From contig DATHNC010000057.1 of assembly GCA_035486415.1 (NCBI GenBank), forward strand, positions 119 to 64,118: a DNA stretch of 64,000 bases, given 5' to 3'. Source of the DNA: Candidatus Saccharimonadales bacterium. GTDB lineage: Bacteria > Acidobacteriota > Terriglobia > Acidiferrales > UBA7541. The translations under genes were made by a program, and so were the position numbers. Below are positions 9,059 through 17,648 of the stretch, piece after piece. Within the stretch, counting starts at the first letter, position 1. Every line of letters starts with the position of its first letter. The notes below the pieces were generated by a model that saw nothing but the letters and a program-made list of their open reading frames with translations, was not told where the DNA came from and did not search any database.

Positions 9059-12000
9059 ATGCAATGCATTCAATGCAAGGCGGAAAACCCGCCCACCGTA
9101 GCCCGATGTGTAAAGTGCAATACCCCCTTCTCGTTTGACGGCCAAACTCGCTACGAAACAATATCCGGCGGCATGCTGGATGCTGAAACGACTCCGCCAG
9201 GAACCTCCGCAGCTTGGTCCATGGTGGTCACTCCACCAGCGGGTGCCGCAGCCGGCCAAGGCGGCGAACTTGTGGGAACGATTTTGGCCGATCGTTACGA
9301 AATCATTTCTCTGCTGGGCCAAGGCGGAATGGGTGCGGTTTACAAAGCGCACGATAAAGAATTGGAGCGCATGGTGGCGCTCAAACTGATTCGTCCTGAC
9401 CTGGCCAGCAACCCGGAAATTCTGCGGCGATTCAAACAAGAGCTGATTTTGGCCCGCGATGTCACTCACCGGAACGTCATCCGCATTTTTGATCTGGGGC
9501 AAGCCAACGGAATTAAATTCATCACGATGGAATATGTGGAGGGCCGCGACCTTCGCGCCCTTCTGCACGAAAAAGGAAAAGTTTCACCCGAAGAAGCGGT
9601 CGAGATTATTGCGCAGATTTGCCGAGCGCTGGAATCCGCGCATTCCGCTGGCGTGGTTCACCGTGATCTAAAGCCGCAAAACATCATGCTGGACGCGAAA
9701 AATCGCGTTTACGTGATGGACTTCGGCATCGCGCATTCGCTGGAAACGCCGGGCATGACGCAGACGGGCGCCCTGATGGGCACTCCCGAATACATGTCGC
9801 CCGAGCAGGCTAAGGGATCAAAGATCGACGCGCGGTCGGATCTTTTTGCCGTTGGCATAATTTTTTATGAATTGCTCACTGGTGTTTCCCCTTACAAAGC
9901 GGACTCAGCGATCGCCACGCTCCTGAAGCGCACGCTGGAGCGGCCCTTGTCTCCTACCGAGGTTGATCCTGCTATCCCGCAGAGCATCAGCGACGTGGTG
10001 ATGAATTGTCTGGCAATCGATCGCGAGCATCGGTATTCCAGCGCCAGGGAAATCCTGGAAGATCTCGGGCACGAAGGGCCCACATCGGGGCGAACGATGG
10101 CGAGAACCCTCGCGCCGTCGTTCCCCACCATTGCGCCGACTCCTCCACAGGCAAAAGTTCCGTTCTGGGTTCACAACCAAATCTGGATCGGGACGGGCGT
10201 CGGAATATTTTTGCTTGCGGTTGCGGGGTTTGTTTTCCGAGGAAAAATATTTTCTGGATCTTCCCCCCAAAGCGGCACGCCGGTAGAACAAGCTTCTCTC
10301 GCCATTCTGCCTTTTCGAAACGGGTCCGGCGAAGCATCGCTCGATTGGCTTGGGCCGAGTCTTGCGGACATGGTCAGCACGGACGTCGGGCAATCTGCGG
10401 GACTGCGCACGATCTCTCCCGATCGTTTGCATCAAGTGCTCACGGACTTGCGAGTCAGTCCGGGCACGGCTATCGATTCCGGCATGGTGGGCCGCATCGC
10501 TGAATTCAGCAATGCTGACACAGTGGTTTCCGGGCAATACGCAAAATTCGGCGACCAGATTCGCATCGATGCCACGCTGACGGACGTGAAGCACAATCGA
10601 ACTGCGTCTTTGACGATCAACGCCGCGAGCGAAAAAGAAATCCCGGGCACGGTGGACGGCCTTGCGGAACTCATCCGCAAAAATCTGGCGGTGTCTTCGG
10701 ACGTATTGAAAGAACTGAAGGCCAGCTCTTTCCAACCGACATCCAAATCCGTTCCGGCGCTCCGCGATTACGACCAAGGCGTGCAGCAGCTTCGTGACGG
10801 CAAGAACCTGGAAGCCGTAAAAATGTTTCAGTCCGCGATTCAGGAAGATCCGCAATTCGCGCTTGCTTACTCTCGTCTGGCGGAAACCGATTCCGCGCTT
10901 GGATACGACGACGATGCGGATAAATACTCGCGTCAGGCCGTTGACCTCAGCCAACAGCTTCCGCTCGCCGAGAGATACCAGATCGAAGGCAATCGCGCGC
11001 GCGTGATGAAGGACACTAAAAAAGGCATTGAAGCATACGAAAATCTTGCCAAGACTTTTCCCAACAACGCGGACGTCGAATTCGCCCTCGGCAGCCTGTA
11101 TGAGGATGACGGCAATTTTGAAAAAGCTCTCATGCATTACGGCAACGTGTTGAAGGCAGATCCCAAAAATCTGGATGCCCTGCTGGCTACGGGCCGCGTG
11201 GAAAGCAAACGCGGAGATCCACAAGCCGGACTTGATTCTTTGGGGCGCGCTCTGAGCATTGCCGTTCAGCTTCAAAATCCTGAGCAGCAGGCCATGATTC
11301 TGCAGGCTACGGGCATTTCGTACAAATTGCTTGGAAGATCCGATGACGCTCTGAACAACTACAAGCAGTCGATGGACATTAATATGCGCATCGGCAAGAA
11401 GCGCGGCGTCGCCGCCAATCTGAGCGAAATCGCGCAGGTGCAGGCGCGCATGGGCAAATCGGATGAGGCGCTGGCCAACCTGACCAAAGCGCTCAGCTTG
11501 CAGCGCGAGATCGGCGTGAAAAAAGAAGTGGGAGACACGCTGATCGACCTGGGCCAGATGTATGAAGATCGCGGCAAGCACGAACAGGCTTTGCAGCAAT
11601 TCAAGGAAGCATTGCAAATTGAGCGCGACAGCGGAGACGAGCGCGACCAGGCTTACTGCCTGAACGACATCGGCAATGTGGATTTTGCAAAAGGCGAATA
11701 TCAGGACGCTCTGATTTATTTCCAGCAGGCTCTTGAGCTGCGCCAAAAACTGAATATTCCGGATGAAATCGCGGAAGCACTTTCCAATGTTGGCGAGACT
11801 CTCGCCAAGATGGGGCAATACGACAAGGCCATAGAGAACCATCTGAAGGCGCTGGATCTGGAACGCAAGGCGGGTGATAACCGTGCGGCCGCCATTGATT
11901 CTTCCAATCTCGGCCTTCTATTTGGCTATCAGGGGCGACTCGGAGCAGCCGTCAATTCCACGGCGGACGCAGTCAAAACATTGCGCGACTTGAAAGACAG

Positions 12001-12688
12001 AAGCCTATGGATGGATCAAGCGTTGAGCGGCTATGCCAACGCGCTTATCCAGGCCGGGCGCAGCGCGGAAGCTCAGCCGATCATCAAAGAAGGAACGGAC
12101 CTGGCCAAGGAACTGAAAAGCGACGTTACGCTGGCCGAAATTTTAATTTCACAAGGCGACGATGCGTATTACCGCGGCGATTCCAAGGCTGCCGCCGCCT
12201 CTTATCAACATGCATGGGAAGCAGCCAAGAGCGCCAAGTCTCCCGAAGATACGATCACCGCACAGATTGGCCTGGCAAAAACCCAATTACTGGAAGGCGA
12301 TTCCCGCAAGGCGCTGACTTCATTTCGAAGTTTGGCAGGACAAGCGAGCGCGGTCGATTTCAAGTACGCGGCACTGGAATCTTCCATTGACGCCGCGCTG
12401 GCGTTGCTGCATGACAAGAATTATTCGGACGCCAATCGAGAAGCGCAAAAAGCGCTCGGCCAAAGTGATGCGCAATCCTTGCGCATGCAGCTCGCGAGAG
12501 AGCATTACGTTCTGGGCGTGGCCACGCGCTCGGGCGGAAATCAGACGGAGGCTGCAGGCCACTTTCGCGACGCAGTTCAGATTTGGGATGAAATTCGCAA
12601 GGAACCCGGCGCAGAAAAAATCCTCGATCGTGGCGATTTAAAATCCATGTACGCGGAATCCTCGCAAGCAATCGCCGGAAAGAACTAA
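9059..12688 (+). CDS. Receptor-type Ser/Thr protein kinase: zinc ribbon, kinase domain, one TM helix, extracytoplasmic sensor-like domain and long TPR region
   Basis: CIQC...CVKC zinc ribbon. Hanks motifs GQGGMGAVYKA, HRDLKPQN, DFG, GTPEYMSPE. Hydrophobic segment IWIGTGVGIFLLAVAGFVF. ASLAILPFRNGSG...VVSGQYAKFGDQIRIDATL module, then about 650 aa of TPR-like repeats. Confidence 0.9.
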   Translation: MQCIQCKAENPPTVARCVKCNTPFSFDGQTRYETISGGMLDAETTPPGTSAAWSMVVTPPAGAAAGQGGELVGTILADRYEIISLLGQGGMGAVYKAHDKELERMVALKLIRPDLASNPEILRRFKQELILARDVTHRNVIRIFDLGQANGIKFITMEYVEGRDLRALLHEKGKVSPEEAVEIIAQICRALESAHSAGVVHRDLKPQNIMLDAKNRVYVMDFGIAHSLETPGMTQTGALMGTPEYMSPEQAKGSKIDARSDLFAVGIIFYELLTGVSPYKADSAIATLLKRTLERPLSPTEVDPAIPQSISDVVMNCLAIDREHRYSSAREILEDLGHEGPTSGRTMARTLAPSFPTIAPTPPQAKVPFWVHNQIWIGTGVGIFLLAVAGFVFRGKIFSGSSPQSGTPVEQASLAILPFRNGSGEASLDWLGPSLADMVSTDVGQSAGLRTISPDRLHQVLTDLRVSPGTAIDSGMVGRIAEFSNADTVVSGQYAKFGDQIRIDATLTDVKHNRTASLTINAASEKEIPGTVDGLAELIRKNLAVSSDVLKELKASSFQPTSKSVPALRDYDQGVQQLRDGKNLEAVKMFQSAIQEDPQFALAYSRLAETDSALGYDDDADKYSRQAVDLSQQLPLAERYQIEGNRARVMKDTKKGIEAYENLAKTFPNNADVEFALGSLYEDDGNFEKALMHYGNVLKADPKNLDALLATGRVESKRGDPQAGLDSLGRALSIAVQLQNPEQQAMILQATGISYKLLGRSDDALNNYKQSMDINMRIGKKRGVAANLSEIAQVQARMGKSDEALANLTKALSLQREIGVKKEVGDTLIDLGQMYEDRGKHEQALQQFKEALQIERDSGDERDQAYCLNDIGNVDFAKGEYQDALIYFQQALELRQKLNIPDEIAEALSNVGETLAKMGQYDKAIENHLKALDLERKAGDNRAAAIDSSNLGLLFGYQGRLGAAVNSTADAVKTLRDLKDRSLWMDQALSGYANALIQAGRSAEAQPIIKEGTDLAKELKSDVTLAEILISQGDDAYYRGDSKAAAASYQHAWEAAKSAKSPEDTITAQIGLAKTQLLEGDSRKALTSFRSLAGQASAVDFKYAALESSIDAALALLHDKNYSDANREAQKALGQSDAQSLRMQLAREHYVLGVATRSGGNQTEAAGHFRDAVQIWDEIRKEPGAEKILDRGDLKSMYAESSQAIAGKN

Positions 12689-12724
12689 TTTTCGGTCGTC
12701 AGCAAGCAAATCGATTCCCACAAT

Positions 12725-12765
12725 AAAAAATGGGCCGGACATTTCGTCCGGCCCACTAATTTTTT
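12725..12765. terminator. Bidirectional rho-independent terminator between convergent genes
   Basis: A6 run, stem GGGCCGGAC (12732-12740), loop ATTTC, stem GTCCGGCCC (12746-12754), then a T6 run. It sits between the kinase stop (12688) and the stop of the minus-strand gene (12785). Confidence 0.65.
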
Positions 12766-12784
12766 ATCTACCTACAAATCCTGT

Positions 12785-14434
12785 TTAGAATAACAGGAAT
12801 TTGACATTGTGGGGCACGTTGTCACCCATATTCCCGGTTACGACCACGCACTGATCATCGAGGGATTTGGGAGTCTTCCAATTGAACTGGTAGTACCCGC
12901 TGCCCTTGTTAATCAGCCCTGTATTGGTTTCCGTGTCGACAGGAAGGGTCTCGTCAAGGCTGGCATTGCTGGACTTCAAACAAATGTTCGTGACAGCGAA
13001 GCCCAAATACCCGAGTGGTGGGAAGTTAAGATTCGTGACTGGGCCTCCGTTGAAACCCAAGCTCGCATTGACAGGGTAAAGGAGCCGCCACTTGAACGGA
13101 ATGGTTGAGCCCGCCAGTGCCAAGTTAATGAAGGGCGGGTTAAGAACCGGTACATCGAATCCGTAGAACGTGAATGGCGGTATTGCATAGGCCGACGGTG
13201 AAGTCGAAGAGCTCGGAAAATCCGCTGAAACGACAAGAGAGTTGTAGGAACTCCCGCCGCTGCCACGTGTGCAGCAATCAGACTGGAATCCGACTCCAAA
13301 TGCCACCCAGTCATCATTGCCCTCATGGGCAGTTAGCATTTGAGGAGCGTAACCGGTAAGGTTATCCGTCGAAGAATAGGTCAGAATGTTGCTGATGTCC
13401 AAGTTGCTATGCGGCACTGGCGGGTTAGCGAGCGGGTCAAAACCGCCCGTCGCGGGGCATTGGCTTGATGAAGAGGATGCCCCATTCAGCGAACAGGCGA
13501 CATCGAAGATAACTGAAAAGTTCCCAGGATTAGTGTTGCTGAACGTCGTGCATCTTGGTTCGTCGCCAGAGAAACTAGAAATATTAACGGCAGAAGTGCA
13601 GTCGGCGGGACTCAGTACGTTTGCATAAAGAGTCATTGTTGTATTCGCCGGAACATTGGAAGCGGCTGGATAGACCACGATATATTTTGCGAATCCGAAG
13701 TCGAATGTATTGGTAGCCCCATTTCCCAGCAGCGAATGTGTAATGGCTGCCGGCCCAGTGCCCACGGCGCTGAGTTCCTGGTCTGTATTCCCCTGAGCAG
13801 CCGTGCTCGACCCGAATGCATAGTATTTGTAAGCTGTTCCGAAATCAAAAAACGCTTCATATCCGACAGATCCATTGGGGCCATTACCAGTGGTCCCTAT
13901 ATAGCCAGAGCACGCTCCATACGTGGAAGCCAATGGACATGTGCTGACATTGTTTACAATTAATGGCTCAGTCCCGGTGTATGTACCGAGCGTAAATGGT
14001 TCAGCGGTGCCATTCACCGTTTGCGGGTCAAACAGCATCGTCCAGTTCACACCGTCAGTGCTGCCCGCGATTGAATATTGATAACCATCGTATGCCGATC
14101 CTAAGTGATCCATGCTTGGAAATACAATGATCGTCGATACCGGAGTCAGAAAGGTCGCCTCGATCCAATTATTACTAGCAGATAAGCCGGTGCCTGTAAG
14201 ATTCCCGCCGTAAATACGCAAACCGCTCGCTACAGTGGCTGCTGTCGGAGTGTATGGCGTAGAAACATCACCGCCAGAAAAATTACTGAGCGTGGCATAG
14301 CTGGTAATTGGTCCGGTGAAGTTAGAGAGTGTACTGTCATTGATGTAAATCTGCGCATGGGCCACCGGGGCAAAACCCAGAATGGCGCCCACAGCAAGCA
14401 AACCAATTTTTTTAACAATGTTTTGAAAATTCAC
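12785..14434 (-). CDS. Secreted Asn/Ser/Thr/Gly-rich protein of unknown function (possible galactose-binding-like N-domain and Ig-like C-domain)
   Basis: ORF 12785-14503. GTG at 14434 is preceded by AAGGAG and followed by a signal peptide (KKIGLLAVGAILGFAPVAHA/Q). NWIEATF...YQYSIAGSTDGVNWTMLF resembles discoidin/F5-8-type-C domains. C-terminal AGSTIPFKWRL...GYYQFNWKTPK resembles PxKF-type Ig-like domains. Both resemblances are by eye only. Confidence 0.6.
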   Translation of the reverse strand: MNFQNIVKKIGLLAVGAILGFAPVAHAQIYINDSTLSNFTGPITSYATLSNFSGGDVSTPYTPTAATVASGLRIYGGNLTGTGLSASNNWIEATFLTPVSTIIVFPSMDHLGSAYDGYQYSIAGSTDGVNWTMLFDPQTVNGTAEPFTLGTYTGTEPLIVNNVSTCPLASTYGACSGYIGTTGNGPNGSVGYEAFFDFGTAYKYYAFGSSTAAQGNTDQELSAVGTGPAAITHSLLGNGATNTFDFGFAKYIVVYPAASNVPANTTMTLYANVLSPADCTSAVNISSFSGDEPRCTTFSNTNPGNFSVIFDVACSLNGASSSSSQCPATGGFDPLANPPVPHSNLDISNILTYSSTDNLTGYAPQMLTAHEGNDDWVAFGVGFQSDCCTRGSGGSSYNSLVVSADFPSSSTSPSAYAIPPFTFYGFDVPVLNPPFINLALAGSTIPFKWRLLYPVNASLGFNGGPVTNLNFPPLGYLGFAVTNICLKSSNASLDETLPVDTETNTGLINKGSGYYQFNWKTPKSLDDQCVVVTGNMGDNVPHNVKFLLF

Positions 14435-14679
14435 GATTTTCTCCTTGAAGAAATTGAACAGGATCCCGTTGCAATACTGGACGCAAGTGGCGATACACCC
14501 CACCCGTACATCGAAATCAGACCGAACACTTAATCTCCTCGAATGAATCCGGAATGTCTACGTCACAATACATTCACAACCATTGCGGCAAGGGATACGC
14601 GGGGGAAACGCACCTTGCACTGTTGCCAATGGAAGAAGAAGCGAATGATGCCTATAACAGTCAATTAAATCAATAAGAT

Positions 14680-14707
14680 AAAAGTCATAGACGTACTATG
14701 ACTTTTC
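14680..14707 (-). terminator. Rho-independent terminator after the RsbW-like gene
   Basis: AAAGTCATAG / CTATGACTTT stem with loop ACGTA, flanked by an A-run and a T-run. On the minus strand it lies about 170 nt downstream of the 14876 stop and is followed by TTTTAT. Confidence 0.55.
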
Positions 14708-14875
14708 CCCCTGCATTCCGCTTATATAAACTTGGCATGGAAAGGTGACGATTAACCTCGCTTTGTTACAACAATAGGACGGGGGCGTTAAGATCTCATT
14801 ACACCCAATTTAATCTCCCGGCACCCGCCACGTACCGCGCGATGATTTGTTCTAAACTTTTGCTTTGAATGGACC

Positions 14876-15328
14876 TTAGGTTCCGGAATCCGCACCTGCA
14901 AATATCATCGTCAACCGGTTGCCCGTAGGCGTCATTGTGTACTCCAACTTCTCCGTGAAATGCCGAAGAAAGTGAACTCCCTGCCCCCCAACGCGAGGAG
15001 TTCCCCTGGTGTCGGGCGTAGGGGCATCAAGAGGATTAAAGTGTTGCGCTTCATCTTCCACAACGAATTCAAACGATTCTGGCGCTGGCATCGCAAAATG
15101 GACCGTCACCATGCCCTCCTCGCCGTCGCCATAACCGTGACGAATCACATTCGATACCGCCTCTTCCAGACAGACATTTATGGCGAACTCCACGTCTTTG
15201 GAAATGGCGTGCCGCAGGGCGAGTTCTCCAATCCATGAGGGAAGTTGAGCGATCTCCGAGAGCTTGCTTTGCAAGGAAAGACACGCCTCGGGTTGATTCG
15301 GTTCGCGTACCGTCATACATCGCGTCAC
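14876..15328 (-). CDS. Anti-sigma regulatory factor / STAS-phosphorylating Ser kinase (RsbW/SpoIIAB-like, HATPase_c)
   Basis: 150 aa. N-box-like EEAVSNVIRHGY, FNPLD segment and GGQGVHFLRHF G2-like box. Lies 22 nt downstream of a STAS gene on the same strand. Confidence 0.8.
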   Translation of the reverse strand: MTRCMTVREPNQPEACLSLQSKLSEIAQLPSWIGELALRHAISKDVEFAINVCLEEAVSNVIRHGYGDGEEGMVTVHFAMPAPESFEFVVEDEAQHFNPLDAPTPDTRGTPRVGGQGVHFLRHFTEKLEYTMTPTGNRLTMIFAGADSGT

Positions 15329-15350
15329 TTTCTTTAATTTTCATGGTTCT

Positions 15351-15686
15351 TTACAGTAATGCGGCCAAAGCCGTGTTCATTTCGTGATGAACGGGGATCA
15401 TCGTTTCGATCCCACTGATCTTCAAAACTTTGGCCACCATCTCATTCGGAGCAAAGAGAACCATCTTGCCTCCCCGCCCTCGAATTGCCAATGCAGGCCC
15501 AACAAGTGCACGAAGGCCCATCGATCCAAGGAAGGAAACATTGCTCATATCCACCAGAACCGAATTCCGGCCGCCGGCTATTGTTTTCATCTGTGAATCA
15601 ACGGCAGGCGCGTTTTCAATATCCAACCTGCCATCTAAGACCACTTTTGTAATGCCGCCTTCAAGTTCTTCCGTCGTGATTGCCAT
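15351..15686 (-). CDS. STAS-domain anti-sigma-factor antagonist (second paralogue)
   Basis: 111 aa. Strong RBS (GGAAGAGGGAG). FLGSMGL with Ser55. About 45 percent identical (hand count, no gaps) to the STAS protein at 2782-3117. Confidence 0.85.
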   Translation of the reverse strand: MAITTEELEGGITKVVLDGRLDIENAPAVDSQMKTIAGGRNSVLVDMSNVSFLGSMGLRALVGPALAIRGRGGKMVLFAPNEMVAKVLKISGIETMIPVHHEMNTALAALL

Positions 15687-15821
15687 TTAGCGATCTCCCT
15701 CTTCCTTGTTGATTGGGTCTTCAGCCTGGAGACTGGCTCAAAAATATTCTGCAGGAACGTAATCCCCGATTTGTGCCGCCCGTATTCAAATTACTTCGGC
15801 TGTCAAAATGAAAACACGACC

Positions 15822-16787
15822 TTAAAGCATCGATTCCATAAAATTTGAGCCGACATTCGTAAATTCGAATGCATGTAGTCCTAGTTCGTTGGCGAGATCC
15901 TTGCACGCCAGAATTCCGCGCGCGCTGTTTCCGTGCGAATCCAGTTTTGGCGAGTACACGGCGAAACCCAATTGCCGGTTGACGACGCCCAGAATGCCAC
16001 CACTCACCCCGCTCTTGGCAGGCATGCCCACACGGTAGGCCCAGTCTCCCGCAGCGTCGTACAATCCGCATGTGAACATGACGGTCAGCACATCTTTAAT
16101 GAACGTAAAATCGAAGACGTGCTCGCGCGTCACGGGATTGGTGCCCATGTTTGCGAGTGTCGCGGCCATCAGTGCCAGGTCCTGGGAATTCACCAGGAGA
16201 GAGCACTGCGAGAAATACTGTTGAAGCGTCTTGTCAACCTCGCTGTCGATAATTCCAAAATTGAGCATCAGGTAGGCAATAGCGCGATTTCGATTTCCAG
16301 TAAGGCTTTCCGAGGCTAGAACCGCATCGTCGATTCGCAATTTTCTGCCGGCGGCCAACCCCATTTTGTTAACAAATTCCTCAACACCTCCTTCCGGCGG
16401 ATCTTTTTTAATAAGCGACGAGATGGCGATGGCGCCCGCGTTGATCATCGCGTTATAGGGGCGTTTGGTTTTCGGATCGAGTTCAATGGAATTGAAAGCT
16501 TCGCCACTAGGCTCAACGCCGACATGTTTTAATGTGATATCGCGACCGAATTTTTCCAGCGCCATTTGAAAAGCGAATGGTTTGCAAATCGATTGAATCG
16601 TAAATTCCTGTTCCCAGTCGCCCACGTGAATGACCCGACCATCCACCGTGGCGAGGCAGATCCCAAAGTGCTCCGGATTTGCCTTGGCCAATTCAGGGAT
16701 GTAGGTTGCGACTTCCCCGTCGTCGAAATTTTTATACTTTTGATAAATATGCTCAAGAATATGCTGAATCTGAGATATGCCGCTCAT
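15822..16787 (-). CDS. glsA: Glutaminase A
   Basis: ORF extends to 16850, but the ATG at 16787 follows CAGGAG. YIPELA, SICKPF, GVEPSG, NAGAI, SGV(S)GGI and the overall length match glutaminase A. Confidence 0.9.
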   Translation of the reverse strand: MSGISQIQHILEHIYQKYKNFDDGEVATYIPELAKANPEHFGICLATVDGRVIHVGDWEQEFTIQSICKPFAFQMALEKFGRDITLKHVGVEPSGEAFNSIELDPKTKRPYNAMINAGAIAISSLIKKDPPEGGVEEFVNKMGLAAGRKLRIDDAVLASESLTGNRNRAIAYLMLNFGIIDSEVDKTLQQYFSQCSLLVNSQDLALMAATLANMGTNPVTREHVFDFTFIKDVLTVMFTCGLYDAAGDWAYRVGMPAKSGVSGGILGVVNRQLGFAVYSPKLDSHGNSARGILACKDLANELGLHAFEFTNVGSNFMESML

Positions 16788-17000
16788 GATCTCCTGAACC
16801 GGATCTGATTTTGGGTATTGGTCCCGCCAGACCAAGACATGTGGCGCCATACCTTATCGGACGCTGTCCTTCTGGTCTAATCCAACTTTTAGATTAGAGG
16901 GAATTGATTCGTGGATTCGATTTTTTTATGAGGAATAGTCGACTAGTCGAAAGTGCTGGGTGCGTTTGACTAATTCCGATTATCGGGCGTACGCTGGTGA

Positions 17001-17456
17001 ATGCAACTGGGGACAAGTGTTATGGCTTTCCTTGCTGTCTTGATCTTTCTTTTTAGCTTCCGGTTGGTTGGCTTCCTACCCTTCGATCAACCGCCGCTCT
17101 CGCCCATCCACACCAGTTCATCCACGGCCCTTGCAGCAGCTAACTTTGCTGCCTCAAACGAGACCCTCTCCCACCCTGCGATGAATTTACAAAACTATAA
17201 AAAAAATAAAAAGCAGGAACAAAGGGTTCAGACACTGACCGGCACGATCGAATGGGAATACGACCCACATGCCTGGGATTGCGATGTCCCAAATTGCGAT
17301 CATTTCGCGTTGTACGACGACGCCACTCGATCCAATTTTCATGTGGACGATGCGCGTGCTGCACTTCCTTACGAAGGAAAAAGAGTGAAGTTGACGGGAG
17401 TAGTAGACGAAAAGAACAGGTCAATCCATCTGGTGTCCATCGAATCCGAGAAATAA
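17001..17456 (+). CDS. Hypothetical protein with N-terminal hydrophobic anchor
   Basis: 151-aa ORF with hydrophobic N-terminus MAFLAVLIFLFSFRLVGFL. No recognisable motif. Start uncertain (17001 or 17022). Confidence 0.45.
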   Translation: MQLGTSVMAFLAVLIFLFSFRLVGFLPFDQPPLSPIHTSSSTALAAANFAASNETLSHPAMNLQNYKKNKKQEQRVQTLTGTIEWEYDPHAWDCDVPNCDHFALYDDATRSNFHVDDARAALPYEGKRVKLTGVVDEKNRSIHLVSIESEK

Positions 17457-17648
17457 TTAGCGGCGGATTCCCTCCTTCCGAGTTATTGAAAACTTAAATC
17501 TGAAAAGTTTGTCTCATGCATTAAATTTGAAACAAAACTGTGCGTCCGTGCGTACTGGATTGCAACGGTTTGGAACTCGCACCCAGGCTCCGGGACCCAA
17601 ATGACTTTGAAAAACGCCAACGACCAGGAGAAAGATCAGGAGCGCAAT

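Noticed and set aside
9905-11842. 645-aa ORF antisense to the TPR region of the Ser/Thr kinase
   Set aside because: It lies entirely within, and opposite to, a gene with unmistakable kinase and TPR motifs. Its translation is low-complexity (Leu/Arg/Gln-rich) with no motif. Long antisense open frames are expected in GC-rich repetitive coding DNA.
16788-16850. N-terminal extensions suggested by the longest-ORF coordinates (glsA to 16850, arsC to 35429, Spx-like to 55087, methyltransferase to 53741, lipoprotein from 44140, secreted protein to 14503, and others)
   Set aside because: In each case an internal start has a better RBS or ATGA coupling. The internal start also restores the expected N-terminal motif (P-loop, signal peptide or lipobox) and removes an overlap with the neighbouring gene or repeat.
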